Source of the DNA: Eledone cirrhosa
Lineage: Eukaryota
Direction: 5' to 3'
NCBI GenBank assembly: GCA_964016885.1
Contig: OZ024741.1
Coordinates: forward strand, 347,882,001 to 347,946,000
Length of the DNA: 64,000 nt
A program made the translations under genes and the position numbers. The notes beneath the pieces were generated by a model that was given only the letters and a program-made list of their open reading frames with translations, was not told the DNA's origin and searched no databases. Within the stretch, counting starts at the first letter, position 1, and each line of letters opens with the position of its first letter. Below are positions 10,740-24,965 of the stretch, in pieces.

Positions 10740-11211
10740 TATATGTATAAAGAGAAAGAGGAGGAGGGAAAGAGAGAATGGGGGAAAAAGAGTGAAGTGT
10801 GAGAGGGCACATCTTAATAATGGACAGAATATATTGTACATGAAGTGCACAAATTCATTTTTAATTTAAAAAAATCAATTGACATTAAAGATCCCAGCAC
10901 AAAACTTATGTTAAAATATGGTTACGTTCAGATAACCAATGTACTAAAAATCAAATAGAGTTAAATTGATAGGTGATGTAACAATTCCTCAAAGATGAAA
11001 ATAAGAACCAAAACAGGAAATCCAAGAAAAATATACGAAATAGAACTTTGAAAAATTAAATATAAAATAACACAAGCATTCTTGAACACACAAGCATTCA
11101 CACGGGCACACACTCACCGACACATCCGAACACCCACATACAATCTACATACAAACACACGCACACACACACACGCACACACACACACACGCACACACAC
11201 ACACATACACA

Positions 11212-11395
11212 CATACTCGATACATAGCAGAGTATAAATATTTAATATAGAAATGGCTTCTACATGACTAGAACTGTGTCCTTCGAGAGAAATCATCAGG
11301 AAGCCCCGAGGAAGGGCTTCCTGAGGATTTCCTGAGGATTTCTTCCGAATGAAACAATTCTAGTATTGTAGAAGGCATTTCTATATTAAATATAC
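11212..11395. mobile_element. fold-back pLTR fragment with two outward-facing degenerate hammerheads
   Basis: The + arm reads ggcttc-CTGAGGA-tttc(11-nt duplication)..gaat-GAAA-caa..ttg-TA-gaaggc. The - arm reads ggcttc-CTGATGA-tttc..gaag-GACA-cag..atg-TA-gaagcc. Same family as the 36850-36900 HHR. Confidence 0.8.
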
Positions 11396-11428
11396 ATATA
11401 TATATATATAGATATATATATATATATA

Positions 11429-11479
<51 letters not shown>

Positions 11480-13519
11480 TGTGTGTGTATATATATATAT
11501 ACATAAATAAATATATATGTTTGTATATATACATATGGGGGCGGTTACGGATGTGTGTCATATATGAATATATGATTGCGTCTTTTACAAATAATCGGAT
11601 ATTTCATTACATCATGCGATTGTAACGGAGGGTGTCTTAGATTACAATATAAACAATGTTGCGTGAAATGTCCGTGACGTCGAGTGGAGAATAATTAATA
11701 ATTATTAGAAAACTACTGGAATGAATTAATGCGGAAATTATATTACAATAGATAACTCAAAATTTATTTAACTTTAATGAATCAGCAGGCCTAATTAGTT
11801 GCTGATTAGTGAAACATTTCAATATAATCGTATTAAAATATACATATTATATATTTGAATGAATTACATTAATTGTGATGAATTTAATGGTGAAATAAAT
11901 TGTCAATCATGTTTACTCTTATCCGGAGTATCGTATTTTAATTTACTTGAAGGGTTCTTGCACCACCCAGATATAATATGATAAATGTGACAAGTAAGTA
12001 TATATTTTACTGTTCGTTGTAATTTGGATGGAGTACATTAACGAATGGTTTTTATTTTTGGACACCAGGGAGGCTCATTTTGTGGTTGTCTAACTCACCA
12101 GGTAAATGCTATCGTATTTGTCTTCTGCATCTACGGTAGTCTACAATATATTTACTACAACATGTAGGTCATACGATTGTAGGAATGGGCACGTGTCATT
12201 CATTTGATTTTACATATCAGAAAATCAAATCAAATAAAGTTGATTAAATTGTACTAATATTATATCAAATTGGAGGATACTCGTTAGTTTGTCTAATTTT
12301 TCCTTCTGTGTATGTGTAGGTTTCAGGATTGCTAATATTGATCATTAGTGACTGACAGAAACTGCGAAATATTATTTATTATTTAGGATATAAATAATAC
12401 GAAGTTGTGTTATGATGCACAGTGAAATCATTAAGATCAGTCAGTATACGAATCGATTTTCAGTGAGACGCTTTATTTGCATTATACGAATATCGCTAGA
12501 AAACACCTTGTGGAGTTCTTCTTCGTAAGAATCAATACACGTATGTAAATAAGAAAATGGATAGAGACAGGAAATATAATAAGTACATATAATAAGACTC
12601 AATAAAACGATTCTTTCCAACATTAAGTGAATTTAGGAGTTTACATACAGTTTAAAATGGAATCTACAGAGGTTTCCTTCTTGTATACTGTATAAACAGA
12701 GCAGATATATATCTTCTCCAGTTTAATCTGTACAAACAAAAGAAAACGTTTATTATGTTATCATTTAACGATTAATCATGTTGCAACGAATTTTGCTGCA
12801 CACAAGTGAAAATAACTGTATAGTTTTTATATGCATTAAGGTCAGTATTTTACATTAGAGAATGATCCTTAAAAGAACCGACGTAAGTAAATCAATATTT
12901 ACTTGATATACGAAAGTCAGATACATATAACTGAATAGCAAAATACACGAATGTTATATCTTGGTAACATATATTGTGTAATTTAGTAAAATGCAATGAG
13001 CTTTCAATGATACGAAAAAAGATACCCAGTCAATACACGAACCAGCAAAAGATTTATGATATTTTTAAAATCAGGGATATCACACATTAATGCATGCTCG
13101 GATTGTTTCACTTCATCTATGGTATTTAGGCGGATGGGTAATGAATTGAATGGATGCTTACGTCATGCACGAAAGCAAGAAAATGACTAACATTTAATAA
13201 ATACACCCGTGTCAGGAACCGAACAAATTAAGGCATATATAGGCTATGTTAGAACATTTCGATTGGGGAAATCGCGACAAACACTAACTTGTGCTTTATA
13301 TCTGAAAACACTGAACGTTATACAAATTAATTGAACAATTCTCACTAGTGTTAGCATTTTGCTCCCATCTTGGTATTATTTATAAAATAAGTAAAATATT
13401 TCAGCTTCTGAATGATCAATACTGACCTCTTACATACATTTATCCATCCATACATTTATGAATATGTATACATACATGCATTCATCCACACACACACACA
13501 CACCTCACACGCACACATA

Positions 13520-13624
<105 letters not shown>

Positions 13625-13700
13625 CACACACACACACATATATATATATATACATACGCATGTCGATGGAAGTATACGTACCTACACACACATGTACATA

Positions 13701-14867
13701 CGAGGTGTGTTAAAATAGCAACAGGATTTATTGTGTTTATTGTGTGCTATGAGAGGAATAAGGATTTAGCGGTTTGTGTTGCATTGTGAGATAATACTCG
13801 AAAAGTGTATAATTGCCAACTCAGCTATCTGCAACCATTGTATGTTTTTTTTACCTGCTTTTGCTAACATCTTTTCATTATTAGGCTGTCGAGTGTTGGG
13901 TACAGAGTAACGAACCAACCTAAGGTTTCTGATCCTGTTGGGGAAAATATTGTCAGAAGCACTGGTCATAATGCAGGAAGTATACGGGAATAAAACGATG
14001 TCGCATTCAAGGGTTTTCGGGTGGCACAAAAGGTTCAAAGATGAATTCAAAAAAGTGGAAGACGTTTCCAGGAGCGGAAGGTCTTAAAAGAACCGAACTG
14101 AGGCCAGCGTTGAGCCCATAAGGCAGCTGGTGCGTGGTCATCTTCGGCTACCTGTTAAACTGATCGCAAGTGAGCTTGGCTTGAAACCGGACATCGTTTG
14201 TAAGATTATCACAGAAGATTTGACTATGCGAAAGTTTAGAATATACTAGAGTGTCTTAAACCGACGCTTGACGGCAAAATTTATGAATCTTTAGACAAAA
14301 CCCTAGAGTATTCGGTGTGGAGTCGCTGAGGCCGACAAAATCAAAACACTCGATGTCAAATGTCAAACTCATGTTGATCACGTTCTTCGATGTTATGGGC
14401 ATCACACACATAGCTTTTAGCTATAAGGACAGACGATGGACCAGCTTGTTTTATATAGAAATCCTGTACCGTTTATCTCCTTCTGATAAAACGGGAGAGT
14501 TGAGGAAGGACAACTGGTGGCTGCATCACCACGACATTACACCGTGTGACAACGCCCTCAGCATTTGGCTGTTCCTGGATGGTAAGAATATCGCAGTGCT
14601 AGAGCAGCCACCCTACTTACCCGACGTGGATCTATTTATCTTTTTTCCTTTCCTTAAGCTTAAGATGATCATTAAAGGGGCCCGTTTTCCTTCCATGAAC
14701 GCCCAAAAATGGACTGTGTCGACGGTGCTGCGGTGAATCCAGGAAGAAGGAAGGGAAAGTGCGTTAAACTGGAGGGGAATAATTTGGAAGGACAAAAGTT
14801 GTAGTTAGAAGTTTGTTTTTAATATATTTTTGCAACCCCAGTCCTGTTTATTTTCTGACACACCTCA
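13701..14867 (+). mobile_element. mariner (Tc1/mariner) DNA transposon, decayed
   Basis: Imperfect TIRs TA|CGAGGTGTGTTAAAATAGCAACAGGATT ... AGTCCTGTTTATTTTCTGACACACCTCA. ORF 14317..14736 has KLMLITFFD..GI, WWLHHHDITP (HDNAP-like) and PPYLPDVD (YSPDL-like). The N-terminal part is disrupted. Confidence 0.9.
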
Positions 14868-17274
14868 CATATATACACATGCAGGCATGTATACATACAT
14901 GTTTTGGAGGATAATTCATACGATAATCTGTACGTCAGACAAACTGAAACTCATCCTAGAAATTCGGTCAATTAGGAGAATAGTAAATATTTGCAAAGCA
15001 TTCCATCGATTCTCTTATGTGGTTTCTGGAATGAACATATGTGCAATTACCATAGATACCTAAAGAATAATCATGCTCACAAAGCCGCAGGCACATACAC
15101 AAACTAGTTTACTAAAAATACATGTACACCGATCACATTATTGTTAGAGAGATATTTTACACAAAATTACACATATTATATGTGAATTCGATGGAATGAA
15201 CATATGCTCTTAATGACATAAATGCATATGGCATGGCCACAATTAGATAGAGAGTAAGCATACATACACATACTCAAACATATGTAACAGTATTACTAGT
15301 ACACGCATAACGTGAGCAGACATGTAAATGTATATACGCCCACGAATATATGTACACATATATAATACTTGAGAACGTTTCGCAGACACAAAAATGGTTT
15401 ACCATAGTATTATTGACCGACTTGAATTCTGCGAAGAAACTGTACAAAACATACATAAACACGTAAATATCTGTGTATTATCAGCAACGAATTGAAGATC
15501 CATGAACCGTCTTCTCCTGTGGTCTATGCGTACATTTCGTACTCCACCCAATATAGTATAATGAGGAGGCTGCTTTACACAAAATTCAATTTACTTTCAA
15601 TTCGTTATCTCGATAGCTGATGGATATTATGTAATTAATCTGAAATTTATTTCTATAGAAGTCATTATTCCTCCTTATAATTTAATATATTGTTTTCTTG
15701 AGCTCGGTTATACAATGTAGATGAGTTTATATGTAGTTTATGTAACATTATAAGGATTATAATATTACTCCAACATGTATTGATTGTATGTGGGTTCCAG
15801 AGCTTTTTTCAAAATATCGATTGCTATTTATACAGCCGGACAACGAAACGCTAATGCATGTAAATGCTAGTAACTGCAAAATGTGTTATTCTGCATAAAA
15901 CTTAGAGCTATGCTACTTCAGACTTTACGTTCTCCCTTACGACCTCGCTACAACTAATATAACTGAAAATTACGAACAGATATTAAAACCGTCAGTGTAA
16001 TAACTTGAAGGTAATTTAACAATGTGGTGGTCTTGGTGGTGTATAATATGGAATCTTATTCCATTGGACATACATGATTCTTTCAGACACATCTTCAAAT
16101 TCAAAATATATAGAAATATATACGGGGAAAAATGAATTTAATTATGAGTGAATCTACCAAATCCTTAATTATAGAGACAACAAATTTCCTAATAAAATAT
16201 CCTGACATTTCCAGGATCATAAACATAAATAATCCTGTGCGTAAATATTAGTATTACTCAATCTATTTCTCTCTCCTTTCCTATTACTCTCTCTCTCCCT
16301 TCCTCTCTCGTTCTCTATGTATAGATATTTAGATATATATGTGTGGGGTATGGGTGTGTTCGAATATGTAAATTTATACGTACACACTCGTAAACAAACG
16401 CACAGAAGTAATAAAACCTATAATAACTATAATTACACGATTTGTGTATAGAAAATATAAATGATATTGGATTTAATGAGAATTATCAAGATATAAATTG
16501 AACTTGATTTTTGTGAATAATAAATTTACCATGTGGATTTTCGCATCTCTTATTTTTTTTTTATTCCGAAGTGATTATTGGTTACATGTTTCTCCAATAT
16601 ATGTTCAACAATTATAATAAGAGAATATTTTGAATATACTGTTGTTGCAAATTTCTGCATTTCTTTAATTGATGGCTTGTTGCCTCTGAGTCGTTCACAC
16701 AAAGCTATCTGTCTGAAAGATATATGTCTCTATACAATCAAGAAGAAATATGCATTTTATAAATCTTATTAATTTCTTTATAAATCTTAATCATTTCTGT
16801 ATTTGTTTTAAAACATTTCCATTTTTTTTCAGAATTAATATATTTATTATAGATATCGTTTCTGCACACGGACACTTGCTTACTTTGCAGATTTTATTGG
16901 AAAATTTGGAAACATTTTCTGTTGTCAAGTTTGCCATTTTGAGATAAATAAATATTTACGATCTTTGAAAAGATTTGTAAAAGAGTTTTGGTGCCGTTCA
17001 CTAGATACTTCATGTGAATTCGTAAAACCATAATTGGTCGGTTTCTCTTAATAGTAGGAAATATAATTCATATGAATTAACTAAGTTCCTTCCCTGTTTT
17101 TGTATAATATAGAGGAATAAGTCTTTTGTGTTAGGCACCTTTCCATGATTTATATATATATATGTGGGGGATGGCGGGGTGAGGGGTGCGTGTGTGTGTA
17201 TTAAGGTACAAATTAATTGCGTCCATAGGCCGTATGCCGAATGAGCACTCGATGCTCTTGGGGACCAGAGTATC

Positions 17275-17660
17275 AATAATATTAATATATAATGGAACAA
17301 AGAATCAATGTTACATCATGTACATATTTAATAACAAAATACATTTGTTTCACTGTCGATCAGCTCGAGAAGCGATATATTAATTATTGAACCTGACTGT
17401 GGAATCGGAAGCAGATAGGTTTTAATATGTAGACTCGCCCCTGAGAGTGATTGAATATTATTACGAATCGGGATAATATTCAAACACTCTTAGTCACGAA
17501 TCTACATGTTAAGATATATCTGAGGAGCTTCCAATTCCACAGTCGATCATTAATAGATAGTTCCTCGAGCTAATCGACAGTGAAACATATGTCATGTGTA
17601 ATTAAGTATATATATGATGCAACACAGATTCTTTGTTCCCTTATATATTAATATTATATA
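17275..17660. mobile_element. fold-back mini-element with a hammerhead-like motif with expanded stem II (+ arm 17514-17598)
   Basis: Diverged inverted arms centred near 17468. The + arm reads atatat-CTGAGGA-gct...(gtcgat..atcgac)..agt-GAAA-catatg-TC-atgtgt. A related single arm lies at 52230-52380. Confidence 0.65.
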
Positions 17661-17662
17661 CA

Positions 17663-17754
<92 letters not shown>

Positions 17755-18269
17755 TAATTGGTGCAGGATGCTTAAAGCGTCCGTATGCGGTAGGCGGTTT
17801 GAGCACTCGAGGCTTTTACAGAGTAGATTATAATATCACAGAAGAAACGGAGAATCAGTGGTGCGACGAATAAAAGTCATTAGGTGTTTCAATTATACAA
17901 CCCCGCACCTCCTACAGTAGTAACTCCGATATAAGAAACAACTTTGATTGACAGGTGGCATATGAAAGGAACCAGATAAATGACGGCCATGAGTGGCCAA
18001 AAATACCGATGATGTTTTCAATTCATGTACCATCGTTGCGAAACATATTTGTGTTTCGAAGTTCAAATTCATCTACGGAGCGGGTTTGGATTTTGAAATT
18101 TAATTTTGTCCAGGAATCACGGCTTTTGCCAATATAAGCCTGTCTTTATTGACTATATCGAGACAGACAAATTGTATTCACTTTAATTAGTTTATTTCAT
18201 GCTGGCTAACTTTGTTTGTTACCATACAAACACGTTTTGGGTTTATCATATATATTAATATATAACTTG

Positions 18270-18307
<38 letters not shown>

Positions 18308-18330
18308 TAGCTAGATAGATAGATAGATAT

Positions 18331-18527
18331 ACGGAGGGAAGTATGGTAAGTGACCAGGTGGACCATAACACTCTAAAGTACTCGATATTAGGTAGTAGAG
18401 TGGGTAATAGGAAAAGAGTCAGGACACAGACGGCTGAGCTCCGGCCATTTCGACAGCTATGTCTGCGTTCAGACCTAGCTGTCGAAACGGCCGGAGCTCA
18501 GCCGTCGGGATCCTGCCTCTTTTCCTA
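18331..18527. mobile_element. TA-flanked fold-back element of the half-hammerhead family
   Basis: ataggaaaagag..gacggctgagctccggcc..tttcgacagcta/tagctgtcGAAAcggc..gccgTCggg..tcttttcctat is palindromic, with a one-sided ~75-bp tail. Relatives lie at 23.3-23.9, 37.0 and 40.7 kb. Confidence 0.8.
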
Positions 18528-18576
18528 TATATATATATATATATATATATAAACGCAAACAATTAAACGATACATA

Positions 18577-18616
<40 letters not shown>

Positions 18617-19852
18617 TTCTTTGACTGACTCCAACAATTAATGATATTTTTTTCTTTATTGTTCCTTCGTGTAATATCAATAATATCCATTTCACAGTAA
18701 GAAATACATTTCTCAAGGCAATAATAGTAGGCCTTATGAGTCATGAAATTAAGTTTGGTTCATAAATTTCATAATCTATTACGAAAGATTTGTATTAATT
18801 CTATTACAAAGTTTGAAGCAACTCAATAACAATTTTAAATCACAGGTCAGCCTAATACTTAACATACTATTCATGATTATGAAGACTGTTTGTACATAGA
18901 GTAAATATTTTGTCCGGTTTTCTGTGCATGGAAAATGTCGATATATATTAGTAATCACAATATATTTGTGAATTTTGGGTGAGAAGTTTCTAACATATAA
19001 AATTAAGCATTTTTTTTTTCAGCGCGTTTACGGCACATGGAATATGCCCTACAGCACACCTGAATTACTCTCTTACAGGGAAAGACAAAATATTTACTCT
19101 AATACGAAAGCTATAATTTGTCAACACAAGTGATTTACTCCGTACAACCACTGAAAATATTTTGAGATATTTCCATATTTATTAAATTGGGTAAAATATA
19201 AGATACTATTGTCCAGAAAAAAATCCACTGTTTAATCACTTTTATGTACGGAAATAAAATTATAAGAAATCATCACTCATTCATTGTATACTCGATAATA
19301 TAATGTAATACAACAAAATGCTCATATGTTTTTATTAAATCTTACAACTCATAAGATTTATCATATTCTCATTGTGAAATCATTGTTCCAGTGTTGAATG
19401 TAATGCATGATATTATTATGTTAGTCACATGTTTGTTATTCACATGCTTTTATTATGTTATTCACATGCATATATTTCAATCTGTCACATTGTTGAGACG
19501 AACCTTGAACCTTACATCGGAAAGTTAATTCCTGAGGATATTGTTTTTAACTCGAGATTATATTAAAAAAAATTAAAATCCTGGAAATAAATAAAACGCT
19601 GTGAACCATCAAAACATGAATCGCATCCATCATGTTTATAAATGAGTTTAGCAAATCTAATCAGCTATCGTACTTAATATTCTCACCATATGAAGCAGCA
19701 ATGTCAAATTTCGAATTTTGTAGAGGAAAATCAAACGCATATCACGTATATGTTTTGTAACATAATACTAGGGGACCTTTAAAATAAGTAAGTCTATACC
19801 GTAACATCTTACAACAAATATTCAAATTAGTTTCATAACATTATAATATCAC

Positions 19853-19970
<118 letters not shown>

Positions 19971-19984
19971 GCGTGTGTGTGTGT

Positions 19985-20087
<103 letters not shown>

Positions 20088-20329
20088 GTTATAACATTCA
20101 TTCAATTAAAACCACTAGGTTATTTTTTAATTGGTTGCTAAATTTGTAAGATTCTCTGCGTTGAAAAAATTCTTGTTCTTTTTTTTAGTCATGTGTTATA
20201 TTTAACAACCAAATAAACTTTAGATAGTAATGACAACGATAATAACAACAACAATAAAAAAATAAAATGAAACAAAAATAAAATTATGAAAATATAGAGA
20301 AGAAAAAGAGAAAAAGAAAGAAATAGAAT

Positions 20330-20870
20330 GGAAAGGAGAGAGGATGGCAAGAGCTCTAGTGTCTCAGAAGAGAAGGGAGGTTAAGGGCGACGGTGAATGG
20401 GCTTTGGGCCTAGGGCATGGGGGCAGTAGGGCTGCGCTCCGTGGATAAGACTACCAAAGCATTCCCCCGGAAAATGGCCAGTGGTAACCGCTGCACTAGC
20501 CTCATCCTCGCAGGGTTCCTTCCTCAAACGGGCCTCCGATTTTCCAATCTTGTGTAGGAACTCGGCTGTACGGGGTCGAAGTACGCCTAAGGTCTCGACG
20601 GTGACTGTACAATACCCGGAATTTGTTTATTTTTCGTTCTTCTGCGAGGCGGGCCGCGATGCCGGGGTTTGTGGCCGAAGCGACTAAGCTGGAGGTGGAG
20701 AACATGTCACAGCAATTGGCGTCCCAGATGAGGGATCTACCTCCTTCGAATGAGAAGAGGGTGTTTCCGTCGAGGCACTTACCACCTCTGCGGTCTAGGC
20801 GAACTGGCTCCAGTTGAGATGGAAAGACAGCTGCGTCTTGGCTCCATCTCAGTATGTTGTTGAGACAAAT
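20330..20870 (-). mobile_element. CRE-like (RLE) non-LTR retrotransposon 3' fragment
   Basis: GC-rich island. The minus strand reads GKCLDGNTLFSFEGGRSLIWDANCCDMF (cf. GKRPDGxTxxPWxxGxxLxWD) and LVQRLPLAIFRGNA (cf. QRLSxAIQRGNA). Confidence 0.75.
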
Positions 20871-21611
20871 TCTATTTGTCTACAAATTAAATCGCAAACA
20901 AATGAAAAGTGAGTAATATGAACACGAATGATGTTTGACGGCAATGAAACCAACTTATAAAAAGTGATCAGTTCTTGCATGTGTCGTATAACATTTCAAC
21001 TATACTTTCAGTATATCTTAAAAACACCCTTTCAAATTCCTTTTTCAAAGTAAAATATATCTATGATTTAATTTCTTTTAATTTATATGAAAATTCGATT
21101 TCATTTATATGAAAATTCGATTTCATTTCTTCATCATTTATAATATTAGACATTAAATCATATAACACTTCATACAAGTATGTATCTGATATCTTATATA
21201 TAATAAAATGTGATATAAAACTATCTACTCAGATTCTAACACATCATTCTCTTTTGACATCGAACACAAATTATAAAATTAATAAATATGCTGACAGAAA
21301 CAAACCCAAGTTGTTGGTTCATATATCACAATTTCAAAATAGTGAATCTTGAAATTGGCCACATGTTAATCTGAAGTTATTTTTTCATTAGCCAAATGAT
21401 AGGAGGAATCTCAAATCACGACGAGATTTCTGACACTTGGATATTATGTAACAGCACCCGCACCACATACTAAAAGATAACTAGCTTTAGGTGTTTCTCT
21501 GAATATATTAAATTCTCATTTTAATCTTTGGAAGCCAATCACACGTAGTAAAATAAATGGGGTGAGTAAGCCATCTTTACAGAAGATCAATAGGATTAAC
21601 ATATCCCGGCC

Positions 21612-21688
<77 letters not shown>

Positions 21689-21866
21689 GTATATTATTGT
21701 GTGTTAGATTTTGCCTAACACAATGTTCGATTTGTCAAGCTATTTAAACATATGTTATTACTCTAAGGACCTAACTTATCGAGTGCTTTGCTAACTCATC
21801 ATTTCATATAAGTAGGCCGAATTTGCTTGCAAACCGCCAGAGATTCGATTTTACTAAATTTCCAAG

Positions 21867-21909
<43 letters not shown>

Positions 21910-21938
21910 TGTGTGTGTAAACAAAGTTTAACATGTAT

Positions 21939-22023
21939 GTGCTACCAGTGGTTTCGTGAGACGGGCCTGACCACAACTGTATAGTGGAGGAAGCACTTTT
22001 AAACTGGCCCTTCATTCAGGCAC
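21939..22023 (-). ncRNA. degenerate hammerhead-like motif
   Basis: gtgc-CTGAATGA-agggcc...ggccc-gtctcac-GAAA-ccactgg-TA-gcac. There is one extra nt in the core and the base of stem II is irregular. Confidence 0.45.
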
Positions 22024-22407
22024 GCTGACAAAAATATGAAAAAGGGGAGTTGTTTTCCTTAAATCATATTTTAAGTAGTGGAGGTAATTCGAGTCTAAAA
22101 ACTGTATATGAATGTATCTATTTCTAGAGCTATCCGGTCTACTGGATAAAAGGATAAAGGGACTCAACTCAATGACCTATTGTGTACTTTGTACATAGTT
22201 AATATGTGGTATGTAAATGGACACACGTACACATGCGGACAGAGATGATGAATAATTAAGATTGAAAATATATAATATACATGCATCTGCTTACATACGT
22301 GCGCTAGCACACGAATAGCTTGCACAGAAATGTTCGGCTACCGACACATATATACATATTTACACACGCATTTATGTAAATACACACACAGACACATATA
22401 AACACAC

Positions 22408-22459
<52 letters not shown>

Positions 22460-22462
<3 letters not shown>

Positions 22463-22980
22463 ATCTGTTGGTCGTTTACCGACACCTGAGTACGCGGGTA
22501 GGAGCACTGAACGAACTACGCAGGTTGGTTTGTTTACTCCGGACTAATGTAAAATAATATGCGTAAGTCAAACATATTAAAGTTTGCTTCGTTTATTCTA
22601 ATTCGCTGCAATATATATTTCAGTGACAGCCATTATTGGCTCTGACCTCATCAGGCAGTACGAAATAATGTAGAAAAAACAGGTAAACCTGGTGTTGTAA
22701 TGTGTTCTACCCTGTTAATTCATCGATATGACCAGCTACTGGGTGTATTGTTAGTCCTCAAAGGAACTGGAATGATATGTTTCCAGTTCCTTTGCTGGAC
22801 ATATCGATGAATTAACAGGTTAGAACGCATTACAACACAATGTTTACCTGTTTTTTCTGCATTAATTCTTACTGCCTGATGAGGTCACAGCCAATAATGG
22901 CTGTCCCTGAAATATATATAGTAGCGAATTAGACTAAACGAAGCAAACTTTAACATGTCCTAATTACACATATTAATATA
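22460..22980. mobile_element. fold-back mini-element with two outward hammerheads (22605-22660 minus, 22871-22925 plus)
   Basis: Arms at ~22555-22736 and 22793-22977, with central hairpin aaaggaactggaa..ttccagttccttt. The + HHR reads ctgc-CTGATGA-ggtcacagcc-aataat-ggctgtccct-GAAA-tatata-TA-gtag. Confidence 0.85.
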
Positions 22981-22991
22981 AATATATAATA

Positions 22992-23186
22992 GGGAGGTGG
23001 ATTGGCAGTATCGGTAGAGGGTCGGACGCCATGCTTTGCAGCATAGAGTTATTGCTTTTATGATCTGAGTTCAAATCCCGCCGAGGTTAACTTTGCCTTT
23101 CATCCATACGGAGTTGATAAAATAAAGTACCAGTAATACACAGATTTAATTGGTAGCCTTGTGACAAAAGTAGAAACAATAATTAT
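22992..23186 (+). mobile_element. tRNA-derived SINE
   Basis: A-box TGGCAGTATCGG, B-box GAGTTCAAATCC and body ...GATAAAATAAAGTACCAGT. At least 7 related copies occur in the window. Confidence 0.85.
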
Positions 23187-23240
23187 AAATATATTTATAT
23201 ATATATAAATGTTCACAAGAGATATTTAACACACACACAT

Positions 23241-23287
<47 letters not shown>

Positions 23288-23291
<4 letters not shown>

Positions 23292-23419
23292 AAAAGAGCT
23301 CAGCCGTCGGGATCCTGACTCTTTTCCTATTACCTACTCTACTACCATAAGTATCAAGTACCCTGGTCCGTTATGGTCCACCTTATCTTATCACACCCTC
23401 TTTGTCTTTGTTATATATT

Positions 23420-23492
<73 letters not shown>

Positions 23493-23945
23493 CAAAGACA
23501 AAGAGGGTGTGTAAGATAAGGTGGACCATAACGGACCAGGGTACTTAATACTTATGGTAGTAGAGTACCAGGATAAACATTTTCATTTAGTCCAGAATTA
23601 GCTGTCAAAACGACTTGAGCTCAGCCGTCGGGGTCCTACTCGTTCATAATACCCACTCTACTACCCTAAGCATTGAGTACTTTGGTGCGTTATAGTCCAT
23701 CTGGTTCCTTACCACATTTCCTTCGTTATATATATATATATATATAAAACGAAGGAAGTGTGGTAAGGAACCTGGTGGATCATAACGCACCAGAGTACTC
23801 GATACTTTGGGTAGTAGTGTGGGTAATAGGACAAGATTCAGGACCACGACGGCAGAGCTCAAGCCGTTTCGACGGTTATTTCTGAGTCCAGAAATACCCG
23901 TCGAAACGGCTTGAGTTCTGCCATCGGGGTCCTGAACCTTTTCCT
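23288..23945. mobile_element. cluster of four half-hammerhead-family arms separated by (TA)n
   Basis: Segments 23288-23412, 23490-23728 and 23746-23945 share gagctcagccgTCggg..tacccactctactacc..ttatggtcca in alternating orientation. Confidence 0.8.
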
Positions 23946-24221
23946 TGCGATCAATATTGTGGAAACACCATGTGTATTATATATTTTACACCCAGCCTCA
24001 GCGTTATGTCGAGGTCAGTAAAAAATCTTTAGCTGGGTCCTGTATTTTCGTTGCCCTAGTGATGCGGTCGGACTGCCGACTGCTATATCTAATTTGCTAA
24101 GGTGTCTGAACATAATGTTATACCCTGGTGTCTTACCTCATCTGAGTGCTAAAGCTACAAACCGAATAAGCATACACCTTAACTTGGCCGTATGCTAAAG
24201 CTTCGTCTATGCTGTACTAAA

Positions 24222-24276
<55 letters not shown>

Positions 24277-24279
<3 letters not shown>

Positions 24280-24879
24280 CTTTGAGCACATAATTTGAAG
24301 GGAATAACGAGAGTCTATGGCTCCGTTAATTTATCGTGATATTTCGTTCCTTATAACAGTCTTTCCTCTCTCTTTGTTTGGTTCAGCACATTTCTTTGTG
24401 TGGCTTTTGGGCTGCTCTTTCTAGCAGCTCGTCCCTCAGATACCACTGATTCACTGTCCTACACACGCTGTCCCATTTCTCTGCCGCGTGTTGCTAGGCG
24501 GTTGTCTTAGATTTTCTTAGAGTTGTCAGGATTGTATTGTATTACATGCGCGGATGACCCATAGGCGAATCCATTTCAGATAACAATTTCTTGGCGAAAG
24601 AGATCTCTTTGAATTTGTACCCGTGTGATATATAGTTATAGAGGTGCGTATATGCATTCTAATTTATATTTTTAATTATTGTGTGTCTACCCTACCTTCC
24701 ATAGGTTATAGATTCCATACACTGGGGGTTTTCCCTGTTTTATTGATGGCACACGATCTCCCTCTCTGTCTAGCGTGTTACCCTTTCAACATATTGTATT
24801 TTAAAGAGCGGAGGATTCTTTTTCCTTTGAGCACATAATTTACAGGGAATAACGAGAATCTATGGCTCCGTTAATTTAT

Positions 24880-24886
<7 letters not shown>
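24277..24886. mobile_element. TA-flanked non-coding element with 65-bp terminal direct repeat (period 545 bp)
   Basis: TTCCTTTGAGCACATAATTT..GGCTCCGTTAATTTATCGTGATA occurs at 24277-24342 and 24822-24886, with long (TA)n on both sides. Confidence 0.8.

Positions 24887-24965
<79 letters not shown>

Noticed and set aside
22992-23090. tRNA genes at SINE heads (also 40.0, 52.8, 60.8 kb)
   Set aside because: A and B boxes are present but there is no complete cloverleaf. The heads continue into a shared SINE body, and several copies have TSDs.
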